Of a stretch of 64,000 bases of DNA, positions 35,858 to 44,986 are shown one piece after another. Each line of letters opens with the position of its first letter. Within the stretch, counting starts at the first letter, position 1. The stretch is from an uncultured bacterium (GTDB lineage: Bacteria; Patescibacteriota; Minisyncoccia; Phycocordibacterales; GWA1-40-21). The notes beneath the pieces were generated by a model. That model saw only the letters and a program-made list of their open reading frames with translations. It did no database searches and had not been told where the DNA came from. The DNA is taken from the NCBI GenBank assembly GCA_963716205.1, contig OY970290.1:367417-431416 (forward strand), in the 5' to 3' direction. The translations under genes were made by a program, and so were the position numbers.

Positions 35858-36422
35858 AACTATGGAAGATTACAAAGATAAAATCATGGGTTTCTATCGG
35901 GAGAATAAGCGCATGCCAGTCTATACCGAGATCATGAAACTCTTGGGATTTAAGTCAAAGAATGCCGTTTTTAAGCTCGTGAATAATCTGGTGGATGAGG
36001 GTGTAGTTAAAAAAGATTCTAAAGGTTTTTTGATTCCCAATAAATCATTCGGTGAGATCCCACTCCTTGGTCTTGTGGAGGCTGGTTTCCCTACCCTGGT
36101 AGATTCCCTGACTGATACCATCAGTCTTGATGACTACTTGATCGGCGACAAATCTGCAAGCTATGTACTCGAAGTCAAAGGCGACTCAATGATTGATGAA
36201 GGTATTCGTGAAGGCGATTTAGTTGTTGCAGAACGGAAAAAAGAACCAAAAGACGGTGATATTGTCATCGCATACATTGATGGCGGTTGGACGATGAAAT
36301 TTCTTAAAAAAAGTGGCGGCAAAACATGGCTCGAACCCGCCAACAAAAACTATAAACCAATTCATCCCAAACACGAGCTTCAAATCGCTGCGGTGGTAAA
36401 AGGAGTAATTAGAAAGTATTAA
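35847..36422 (+). CDS. lexA: LexA repressor (S24 peptidase)
   Basis: N-terminal wHTH. C-terminal GDSMIDEGIREGDLVV...DGDIVIAYIDGGWTMKFL with Ser-Lys dyad context. Confidence 0.85.
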   Translation: MSSKTMEDYKDKIMGFYRENKRMPVYTEIMKLLGFKSKNAVFKLVNNLVDEGVVKKDSKGFLIPNKSFGEIPLLGLVEAGFPTLVDSLTDTISLDDYLIGDKSASYVLEVKGDSMIDEGIREGDLVVAERKKEPKDGDIVIAYIDGGWTMKFLKKSGGKTWLEPANKNYKPIHPKHELQIAAVVKGVIRKY

Positions 36423-37795
36423 AGCAATGAATTCAACAGTCTCTTCATTGACACGGTTGCCACACCGACCACATCATCCGCTCCGCCATAATAAATAAAA
36501 AGTGTGTCACCACGAAGTGTGGTACCGCACGGAAACACAACATTTGGCATCACACCATTTTTTTCATAAGGCATTTCCGGATCAAAAATAGGTGGAATCG
36601 CCCGCGCCAAAATTTTTCTCGGATTTTTCAAATCAAGTAAAGCAATTCCAACTCTATATGTGTGATGATTACTGGAAACGCCATGATACAAAACAAGCCA
36701 TCCCTTTTTGGTTTTTATTGGAGGTGCGGTAATACCGACTTTTTCGCTATCCCATTCTCCGGCTCTTGGCAGCATGATCGGCGTACCGCCGATAAGCGCC
36801 AAATTAGAAAAATTAAAAGAATTGACGGCATCCAAACAAATATTTGAATTGATCCGGTGAAGAACAAAATAACTGTTGCCAATTTTCTCTGGAAAAATAC
36901 ATGCGTCTTTGTCATCAAGACCTTTGGGTGAAATCAAAAAGGGTTTTGTCCAAAGCCAATTTTTATCCAAAAAATCCTGTAAGCGGATAGATGTGAGAGC
37001 GACGCGCGGAGGATTGCTGCCATCATAAGCTGTATAACACATATAAATAATATTGCCGATGCGCGTCAAGCGCGGATCTTCACAACCAGAATTTCCCGGA
37101 TGAGTTTTCATTTCAAACCGTTCGCGCGGCACATAAATCGGCTTATCGCCCCGCTCGGATATTACAAACCCGTCTTCACTTCTTGCATAGCCTATTGATG
37201 AGGTATCGTCACTCGACATTGCCCGATATAAAATATGTGTTGTATTTTCTATTTTGATTGATGCAGGATTAAAAACTCCATGTGCTTCCCAATCGACACC
37301 AGCCCGCGCAATAAGAATTGGGTTTTTTTTATATCTGGTGACATACGTTTCCATCGCATCTGGATGCATATTGAAAAGCAGATTATCTAGATTGACCGTC
37401 GCCTTGCAGCAAAATGTATCTGCGGCACCATAATAAATTTCCAATATATTTTTATTTATCAAAGCACCGGAAGGAAAAATAACATTCAAAACTTGACCAC
37501 TTTTCTCATATATTTCAGTTGGCGCAAGGATTGGACCTCTCGTTTTACCGATAATTTTCCTTGGATCATTTAAATCCAAAAGCAGGGTCTCAATACCGAA
37601 GACAAGCTTGAACGGATTATTTTCCCGATGATAATTTTCAATATAGCTGTATATTAAAAGCCAGCCGTCTTTTGTTTTTATTGGCACAGCGCCAATTTCA
37701 ATATGATCCATTATGGATCTTCTCGGATCGATAATATGCACATTCACTTCCGCGTACCATTTTTTCCAAAAATCATTACTGAACATTTCTTCCAT
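36419..37795 (-). CDS. GH130-like (DUF377) beta-propeller glycosidase/phosphorylase-like protein (two-module)
   Basis: GVFNPASIKIENTTHILYRAMSSDDTSSIGYARSEDGF, and a second module GPILAPTEIYEK... Confidence 0.5.
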   Translation of the reverse strand: MEEMFSNDFWKKWYAEVNVHIIDPRRSIMDHIEIGAVPIKTKDGWLLIYSYIENYHRENNPFKLVFGIETLLLDLNDPRKIIGKTRGPILAPTEIYEKSGQVLNVIFPSGALINKNILEIYYGAADTFCCKATVNLDNLLFNMHPDAMETYVTRYKKNPILIARAGVDWEAHGVFNPASIKIENTTHILYRAMSSDDTSSIGYARSEDGFVISERGDKPIYVPRERFEMKTHPGNSGCEDPRLTRIGNIIYMCYTAYDGSNPPRVALTSIRLQDFLDKNWLWTKPFLISPKGLDDKDACIFPEKIGNSYFVLHRINSNICLDAVNSFNFSNLALIGGTPIMLPRAGEWDSEKVGITAPPIKTKKGWLVLYHGVSSNHHTYRVGIALLDLKNPRKILARAIPPIFDPEMPYEKNGVMPNVVFPCGTTLRGDTLFIYYGGADDVVGVATVSMKRLLNSLL

Positions 37796-39183
37796 ACGCG
37801 ATCAGTATCTTCGGTATGAAGATTGTGAAGGATAGCATATTTGCCGTTGATTTTTTCCGGAAATAAAACCCAGTTTTTATGTCTGCCGACCGGCGAAATA
37901 AATTTCATCTCGCTCCAGTTCCATCTTTTGTTGATAAAATCATTTTGAGAAATGGAAATCATACCGACACGGATATTGTTCCAGTTGTCAAAGGCGTTAA
38001 ATGTTAGATAAATCCTCTTTCCAATTTTAACCATTCTCGGATCTTCGCATCCTCCCCAGCTTCCGCCAGAAGGATACATGACTGGATCAAATTTCTTTTC
38101 AACCGGACGCAAACCGAATTTTGAATATTCCAAAGCAAAAATCGGTTCCGGATAGATTTCATCAATATGCAGACCATCTTTGCTTTTTGCATAGCCGATA
38201 CGGGAAATGCCGTCCTTGCCCATCGCACGGAAAAGCAAATGTATCGTCCCGTCGATATTAACCGCAGCAGGATTGAGCGTGGCTGCGGATGCCCACCACT
38301 TTTCTGCACTCGGCGCGACAATCGGATTTTTCTCGCTTCGTTTTATTTTATCCGACACTTTGAGAATGGATGAATTCCCGAAAGGCATGCGTATTGAAGA
38401 TGAAATCATACCCTCTTTTTCTGAATACCAATAAATGGCAATAGTGTCATCGAAAAATAACGCACCGACACATTCCCTGTCCGCTTCATAAGGAACTTTT
38501 TTCTCAAAAAGCGGAGCATCGCATCTCCAAATAACTTTTTTCGGATCAAGCGGAGAAATCAATGCGGCGCCAATCTGCAATTTGGTATGTTCACCAACAT
38601 GGAAGGATGCATCGTAAAAAACTAAAATTCCCTTTTCACATGGCTTTGACGCTATGAATTTGATATGGTCATTGTCAAAAAAACCAGGTCTTGATTTCAA
38701 CACCGGCTCTTTGAATTTTGTCCAGACTTTCAGATTTTTTGAAACAGCAGCCCAAATGGAAGATTCGCCATAATATGCCACATGTCCGCTTGTACCGAGA
38801 AAATCCGAGACAATGCCACCTTTTTCATTTATGGCAGATAACGGTCCATGAACAGACCAGAGATTTTCTTTTCTGTGATCCGCAATAAACAGTCGCTGTG
38901 TTTTACCGGCAGTATAAAGAAAAGTTATGAAGATCCGTCTGCCGATCTTTGAAGAAACAATATGCCGTATGTAGGCAGGATTAAATTTTGTATCTTCGGA
39001 ATAAATAAATTCGATGTCCTTTTGTTTTTTTGAAAAATGAACCGGCGAATCTTTTGTGTTTGATATCAAAAATATCTTTTCTGGGTTTTCCGCATTTCTC
39101 GCAAAAATTGAGGCTTTGGTACCGTCGTTCAAAAAACCAATAGGATACACGATTTCCGTTTTATGGTGAGTTGTTTTTTCCAT
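37744..39183 (-). CDS. GH130-like (DUF377) glycosidase/phosphorylase-like protein, paralog
   Basis: ATLNPAAVNIDGTIHLLFRAMGKDGISRIGYAKSKDGLH. Overlaps the downstream paralog by about 50 bp. Confidence 0.5.
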   Translation of the reverse strand: MEKTTHHKTEIVYPIGFLNDGTKASIFARNAENPEKIFLISNTKDSPVHFSKKQKDIEFIYSEDTKFNPAYIRHIVSSKIGRRIFITFLYTAGKTQRLFIADHRKENLWSVHGPLSAINEKGGIVSDFLGTSGHVAYYGESSIWAAVSKNLKVWTKFKEPVLKSRPGFFDNDHIKFIASKPCEKGILVFYDASFHVGEHTKLQIGAALISPLDPKKVIWRCDAPLFEKKVPYEADRECVGALFFDDTIAIYWYSEKEGMISSSIRMPFGNSSILKVSDKIKRSEKNPIVAPSAEKWWASAATLNPAAVNIDGTIHLLFRAMGKDGISRIGYAKSKDGLHIDEIYPEPIFALEYSKFGLRPVEKKFDPVMYPSGGSWGGCEDPRMVKIGKRIYLTFNAFDNWNNIRVGMISISQNDFINKRWNWSEMKFISPVGRHKNWVLFPEKINGKYAILHNLHTEDTDRVWKKCSVMIFGKNGTRK

Positions 39184-39440
39184 TATTAATATTAAGAATA
39201 ACTACGTGATAATCATGAAATCGCCGGTCATGTGCCAATCTCTCTACACGTTACACAGATTTTTTCAAAGACACAGAATTGGTTTAGTTAAAATAAAAAA
39301 TATTTTGATCGAAACGGAATATTCAAGAAGACCGAATAAACTGGATACCGAATTGTCAAATAATATTATATAAATCTTCAAAACAAAGCACAAGCTGTTG
39401 ATAACTGGCGTTTCAGAATAAATGCCGATATAATGAAGTA

Positions 39441-40190
39441 ATGAAAAAAGCGATTATATTTGACCTTGACGGAACGCTTGCAGAAAGCAAACAAAGCCTA
39501 GATGGCGAAATGGCCATTTTACTCTCTCAGCTTTTATACGTGAAGAAGGTTGGAATAGTTTCAGGCGGCGGAATGCCGCAGCTCGAAAAACAGGTTATCA
39601 GTAGAATTCCTTTTGATGCGGAAAAGTTTAAAAATTTTATTATTTTTCCGACCAAAGGTGCGGCAATGTATGAATTTGATGGAAAAGATTGGAAACAAAT
39701 ATATCAAAAATTATTGTCCGACGAACAAAAACAAAATATCCGAGATGCTTTCGAGAAAGTTTTGAAGGAGATTGATTTCATACCCGAGAAACATTACGGA
39801 AAACTTCTTGAAGACAGAGGAACGCAATTTACCTTTTCAGCACTCGGACAGGATGCTCCGCCGGAATTGAAAAAAGAGTGGGATCCGAATGTTGAGAAAA
39901 GACAGCGAATCAGAAAACTTCTCGAACAATATATTCCAGAATTTGAAATTGAAATTGGTGGCAGCACATCGATCGATATCACAGAAAAAGGAATCGATAA
40001 AGCATTTGCTCTCGAACAGCTTTGTGAATATGAAAAAATAATGATTGCTGATATTCTCTATATTGGCGATGCGCTCTTCCCTGGCGGAAACGATCATGCG
40101 GTTGTGAAAACCGGCGTAGACACCATTGCTGTCAAAGATTATAATGAGACCAAAGACGTTATCAGAAAAATAATCGCCGGAAACATATGA
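39441..40190 (+). CDS. HAD-superfamily hydrolase (IIB, phosphomannomutase-like)
   Basis: Motif I IIFDLDGTLAES. C-terminal IGDALFPGGNDHAV. Confidence 0.6.
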   Translation: MKKAIIFDLDGTLAESKQSLDGEMAILLSQLLYVKKVGIVSGGGMPQLEKQVISRIPFDAEKFKNFIIFPTKGAAMYEFDGKDWKQIYQKLLSDEQKQNIRDAFEKVLKEIDFIPEKHYGKLLEDRGTQFTFSALGQDAPPELKKEWDPNVEKRQRIRKLLEQYIPEFEIEIGGSTSIDITEKGIDKAFALEQLCEYEKIMIADILYIGDALFPGGNDHAVVKTGVDTIAVKDYNETKDVIRKIIAGNI

Positions 40191-40528
40191 AAACAAAAAA
40201 AGATATTAGACCATGGGGTGAAGAAGAAATTTTCACCACCAATGAAAAAACAACAGTAAAAATTCTCACGATTAATCCTGCTGAGCGATGTTCTCTGCAG
40301 TACCATAATCACCGAAAAGAATTTTGGAAAATTATTGAAGGAGAAGCGATCTTGCAAATCGGAGAAAAGCAGATCGACTCAATGGTTGGCGATGAATACG
40401 AGATCGGCATCGGCGTGGAGCACCGTATCATCGGCAAGGACAAGCCAGCAAAAATCCTTGAGATTTCTTTTGGAGATTTTGATGAAAACGATATTGTCCG
40501 ATTGGAGGATGATTACGGGAGGGAATAA
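40187..40528 (+). CDS. cupin-domain protein (mannose-6-phosphate isomerase type II-like)
   Basis: RPWGEEEIF...CSLQYHNHRKEFWKIIEGEA cupin His motifs. Confidence 0.6.
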   Translation: MKTKKDIRPWGEEEIFTTNEKTTVKILTINPAERCSLQYHNHRKEFWKIIEGEAILQIGEKQIDSMVGDEYEIGIGVEHRIIGKDKPAKILEISFGDFDENDIVRLEDDYGRE

Positions 40529-40532
40529 TAGT

Positions 40533-41765
40533 CTAAAAAATCCTTCTATGGCTTGATTTCGGTTTCTCCATTTTCACGGATTTTAATATTCGAAATGTTC
40601 TCAACCGCTCTGCCATATCTGCCATTTCATCGGTCGGAACAACGAGAACTTTCACCTTTGAATCACTTGCGCTGATATCGGCAAATGTGCCGACAGTTTT
40701 ATTATTGGCCTCTGAATCAATTTTTATTCCCATATAATCAAGTCCGGTGCAGATTTTCTCGCGCATGATGAACGACCGCTCGCCGATCGTCCCTGAAAAC
40801 ACAACGGTATCAAGCCCGTCCATCTCCGCCGCATACGAACCGAGATATTTTTTCACACCGATGACAAATTTTTGTAATGCAAGTTTCGCGTCCGGATTGC
40901 CTTTTTTCTCTGCTTCAATGACATCCCGCGTATCGGAGCTGACACCGGAAAGTCCGACAAGTCCGCATTCGGTATTCAAATACAGTTCAAGCGCAGTCGT
41001 ATTTTTCTTTAATTTCTGCCCTAGGTATAGTGCTGCGACCGGATCGATATCGCCCGATCGCGTGGAAGTAACGAGTCCTTGGAGCGGAGTGTATCCCATG
41101 GAAGTGTCGAAACTTTTTCTGTCTTTGACCGCTGTGATGCTCGATCCCCCGCCGAGATGACAAATAATAAGTTTGTTTGGTAATTTTTTCTCGAGAGTTA
41201 GTTTGTTTACGATCGAGCCAACGGAAATGCCGTGATAGCCATAATGATAAATCTCAAATTCATCCGCTACTTTTTTGGGTATCGCATAATATTTTGAAAA
41301 ATCCGGCGCGTCTTTGTGAAATGCGCTGTCGGAAATACCGACGATCGGCGTGCTCTTGAAAAGCTTCCGCAATTCATCGATCTCCTTGAGCGTCACCTGT
41401 ACATGAAGCGGTGCTTCTTCCTTTTCCTCGATGATATTGTCCATGAAAAATGAATCGATGATCCGGTCGGTCTGGAAATACACGCCGGGCGCGACCACGC
41501 GCACACCGATCGATGAAATATCTTCTTTGTTTTCTATAATTTTCTTCTCAATCGCCTTTTCAATAAAATATTCAAGCGGATGAGCAAAAATGTCTTGCGT
41601 GATATGTTCCACCCGCTCACTTCCCTTCCTTCCGGTATCAAAAAATCCAACGATCGGCTTGCCTTCCTTTATCTCAAACGAAGCAAAAAAAAGTTCCGCA
41701 AGTTCCGAATAGATAGAAAATTTTGCTGAAACACTGCCTGTATTTACGATTAAGTATTTGTTCAT
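40533..41765 (-). CDS. ackA: acetate kinase
   Basis: YLIVNTGSVSAKFSIY, YHYGYHGIS and ICHLGGGSSI. Confidence 0.85.
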   Translation of the reverse strand: MNKYLIVNTGSVSAKFSIYSELAELFFASFEIKEGKPIVGFFDTGRKGSERVEHITQDIFAHPLEYFIEKAIEKKIIENKEDISSIGVRVVAPGVYFQTDRIIDSFFMDNIIEEKEEAPLHVQVTLKEIDELRKLFKSTPIVGISDSAFHKDAPDFSKYYAIPKKVADEFEIYHYGYHGISVGSIVNKLTLEKKLPNKLIICHLGGGSSITAVKDRKSFDTSMGYTPLQGLVTSTRSGDIDPVAALYLGQKLKKNTTALELYLNTECGLVGLSGVSSDTRDVIEAEKKGNPDAKLALQKFVIGVKKYLGSYAAEMDGLDTVVFSGTIGERSFIMREKICTGLDYMGIKIDSEANNKTVGTFADISASDSKVKVLVVPTDEMADMAERLRTFRILKSVKMEKPKSSHRRIF

Positions 41766-41771
41766 GATTTT

Positions 41772-44171
41772 TTATTTTTTACCCTTCCACTTCCAATTCA
41801 AAATCTCTTCCGGATCTTCGCCGATTTTCACAATGTATTCCTTGTGTTCCTTGATTTTATTTTGATATTTTTCAATGATTTTTTCTGCTTTTTCTTTTGC
41901 AATCACGCCATTTTTCAAAACTTTTTGCACCGCTTCAATTGTTAAATTATATCTATCAGTTTTGTTTCTAATGTGCAGATCGAGTGCCGTCGTCGTCGAG
42001 CCGCTCTCCATGTATCCGTGAACGCTAAATCTGTCGAGACTGTTCACATAATAGAACAAGACCTGCTCGAGCGTTTCTGGATAGCCGTGGAAATTGAATA
42101 TCGCCGGTTTGTCTTTGGTGAAATACTGTTCAAATTCTCCCTCGGATAATTTATTTTTCCCGCCCGGAGTATTCGGCGAGAGTTCCAAAATATTCACAAA
42201 TCGTATTTTTATTTCTGGTGCTTCTTCTTTCAATATTTGTACTGCTGCAAGAGCTTCTTTCACTAGGTACTGCCCACAACCAACCATCACAACGTCCGGA
42301 TTTTCATCTGATGCAAAATCCCAAATAGAAATTCCTTTTTCTAGTTCTTTTTTCGCCTCTCCAATAGAAAGCCAAACCGGCTCTGGAGTTTTCTCGGAAA
42401 CGATCACGTTGATCTCATTTTTCGATGATAAACATTTCTCGGTCACAAGCACTGCTTCATTTTCATCTGCCGGGAAATACACATTGATGAAATCATGCTT
42501 CTTGAGCAAAATATCGCCAATAAAACCCGGGTTTTGATGCGAAAATCCATTATGCTCCTGTCTCCAACCGCTTGAGGTAATAATATAATTTAACGATGGT
42601 ACATCCCCTCGCCACTCGGTCTTCCTTGCAATCTTCAAAAATTTACTGAACTGGTCCGCCATACTCGCCACAACCATAATGAATGATTCGTATGAAGGGA
42701 AAATAGAAAATCTACCGGTGAGTGTGTAGCCTTGTGCCAGACCGTGCAGAGAATTTTCAGAAAGCATTTCGATCACTCTGCCGTCGCGGGCGAGATCCAT
42801 ATCCCATTTCTCAAGCTTGCCGGCAAATGCGCGCGGCGTCGCATCAAATATATAGTGCAATCGGTTTGAATACGTTTCATCCGGACTAAACATTCTGAAA
42901 TTTCTTTTTTCTTTGTTGAGCTTCACCACTTCGCCAAAATATTCGCCAACTTTTTGCATCGCACCGGCGGAAACTTCCCCAGCGCCATTTGTCTTTGTTT
43001 CAAATTTGGAAATATCCGGCAAAATTAGATCTCTTGATGTATCACCTTTTTTGATTCCAAATACATGCTGATTGTCGCCCATTCTCAAACCTTCCTTTGG
43101 AATATTCGCTTCAATATCTTTTATAAAACCAGTTTGTGAATTAAATAATTCTTCAAACTTGTAGGATTTCATCCATGCCTCGAGTGCGATAAGTTCGTTT
43201 GCGTCCGTTTTCATTTCTCTGCCGACGACTTGATGTGAAAGACAATTTCCCTCCACTTTGCCATCAAATGCTTTACCACGACCCTCGAGCGACCAACTCA
43301 TCAAATGTTTGATACCAGTCCAACCTTTTGGAGTTTTCAAAATAATCATCGGAAAATGAAAATAATCATCGAGCTTTTTGTTTGGATTGGCTCGTGCTTC
43401 TTTTTGGATCTTTCTGATCGATGCGTACGCTGTGTCGAGCGCTTTCACCATTTTTGCATAAACTTTGTCATCATCGCCTTCCACAATGATTGGCTCGTAA
43501 CCATAACCTTTGAACAATGATTTCAAATCTTCATTTTTCATTCTGCCGAAAACTGTCGGTCCGGAAATTTTGTAACCATTGAGATGCAATATCGGAAGCA
43601 CTGCGCCATTTTTAGCGGGATCGATGAATTTGGAAAGATGCCACGCCGTCGCCGAGCTTGCCGTTTCATTTTCACCATCGCCGACAAGGCAGGTCACGAT
43701 GAGGTCTGGATTGTCCAAAACCGCCCCGTACGAGGTCGAAAGTGAGTATCCGAGCTCTCCACCTTCGAGGATGACACCCGGCGTCGCAGGACTCGAATGA
43801 CTTGGAAACTGATACGGCCAGGAGAAATTGTGCATGATATAGCCGATGCCGTTTTCATTCTTTTGCGCTTCCGGATAATATTTGCCGAGCGTGCCTTCGA
43901 GAAATGAATTCGCCTGCACTGCCGGAAAGCCGTGACCGGGTCCGAGCACAAACATCATGTTTACGCCGGTTTTGTTGATAAGATTATTCAAACATGCGTA
44001 GGTGAAATTAATCCCCGGACATGTGCCCCAGTGACCGAGCAAGCGAGTCTTGATATGGTCAAAGGTAAGTTTTTCTTTTAATAAAAAGTTTCCTTCCAAA
44101 TAGATCTGCCCCGCTGACAAATAATTCGCCGCGCGGACGTATTTCTTGATTCGTTCAATTTCAGATGACAT
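41772..44171 (-). CDS. xfp: xylulose-5-phosphate/fructose-6-phosphate phosphoketolase
   Basis: About 800 aa. GHWGTCPG, GPGHG and EGGELGY. The likely start is MSSEIERIKKY. The track ORF extends to 44246. Confidence 0.9.
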   Translation of the reverse strand: MSSEIERIKKYVRAANYLSAGQIYLEGNFLLKEKLTFDHIKTRLLGHWGTCPGINFTYACLNNLINKTGVNMMFVLGPGHGFPAVQANSFLEGTLGKYYPEAQKNENGIGYIMHNFSWPYQFPSHSSPATPGVILEGGELGYSLSTSYGAVLDNPDLIVTCLVGDGENETASSATAWHLSKFIDPAKNGAVLPILHLNGYKISGPTVFGRMKNEDLKSLFKGYGYEPIIVEGDDDKVYAKMVKALDTAYASIRKIQKEARANPNKKLDDYFHFPMIILKTPKGWTGIKHLMSWSLEGRGKAFDGKVEGNCLSHQVVGREMKTDANELIALEAWMKSYKFEELFNSQTGFIKDIEANIPKEGLRMGDNQHVFGIKKGDTSRDLILPDISKFETKTNGAGEVSAGAMQKVGEYFGEVVKLNKEKRNFRMFSPDETYSNRLHYIFDATPRAFAGKLEKWDMDLARDGRVIEMLSENSLHGLAQGYTLTGRFSIFPSYESFIMVVASMADQFSKFLKIARKTEWRGDVPSLNYIITSSGWRQEHNGFSHQNPGFIGDILLKKHDFINVYFPADENEAVLVTEKCLSSKNEINVIVSEKTPEPVWLSIGEAKKELEKGISIWDFASDENPDVVMVGCGQYLVKEALAAVQILKEEAPEIKIRFVNILELSPNTPGGKNKLSEGEFEQYFTKDKPAIFNFHGYPETLEQVLFYYVNSLDRFSVHGYMESGSTTTALDLHIRNKTDRYNLTIEAVQKVLKNGVIAKEKAEKIIEKYQNKIKEHKEYIVKIGEDPEEILNWKWKGKK

Positions 44172-44255
44172 GCGGAAATTATACCATATTGAAATAAATT
44201 TGTGGAAATAAAAAACCACCGGAAGTCTTTCGACGACCGGTGGCAAACAACAAAA

Positions 44256-44756
44256 CTAATACTTTGCTTTTTCAACCCCTGCTATTTGTTGAAACTTACA
44301 AAACAGATCATAAAGCTCTTTCGCTTTATGATAATCTTCATATGAACTGCTTGAGCTAGGATGAAAAGACGGATAATAGCTAATTGGATTAAGTAGATCA
44401 TTCTCCGTTGGAAAACCACAGGTGAACTCAAAGTTAATTATGTGTGCTATTTCTGTGGTTAAAGGCGAAGATCCAAGAATTAAAGGAGCTATTATACTTC
44501 CCTTTTCTGCCACCCAGACATGTTTCTTAAAAAAATGTCCAAAGATGTGAAATTCTTGTTTAGGCCATCCAACTGGTCTAACAAATACCTTGACCTGAGA
44601 AAAATCATTGCTAAAGAATTTAGCCATGTTTAGCCCATTGTAAATTCGCAGACCAAATGGATTTGTTTTACCGACAAACCAATTTGATACAGCATTCACA
44701 TAATTCATAATTGCATAATCAAGTGAATTTAATTCTTGATGTTGTATATGTTTCAT
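44256..44756 (-). CDS. hypothetical protein (166 aa)
   Basis: ORF immediately upstream of xfp. No family recognised. Confidence 0.4.
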   Translation of the reverse strand: MKHIQHQELNSLDYAIMNYVNAVSNWFVGKTNPFGLRIYNGLNMAKFFSNDFSQVKVFVRPVGWPKQEFHIFGHFFKKHVWVAEKGSIIAPLILGSSPLTTEIAHIINFEFTCGFPTENDLLNPISYYPSFHPSSSSSYEDYHKAKELYDLFCKFQQIAGVEKAKY

Positions 44757-44986
44757 CTTTCACCTCTATCACAGAAGTACGTTGAGGATCGCTCCTCTAA
44801 CGCGCTGACATCACGCCAGCAATTTAACAAGATTTTTATCCGATCAAATCGCTAACGTGATTGTGTAAAAGAACTGAACATATTATACATATAGTTATTG
44901 CTTTGTCAACTTTACTTCCCTTTTTATAAAAATATGCTATAAATAAGCCTCAAACGCGCCTCGGCGCATTTTAATTTGAAACTGTA

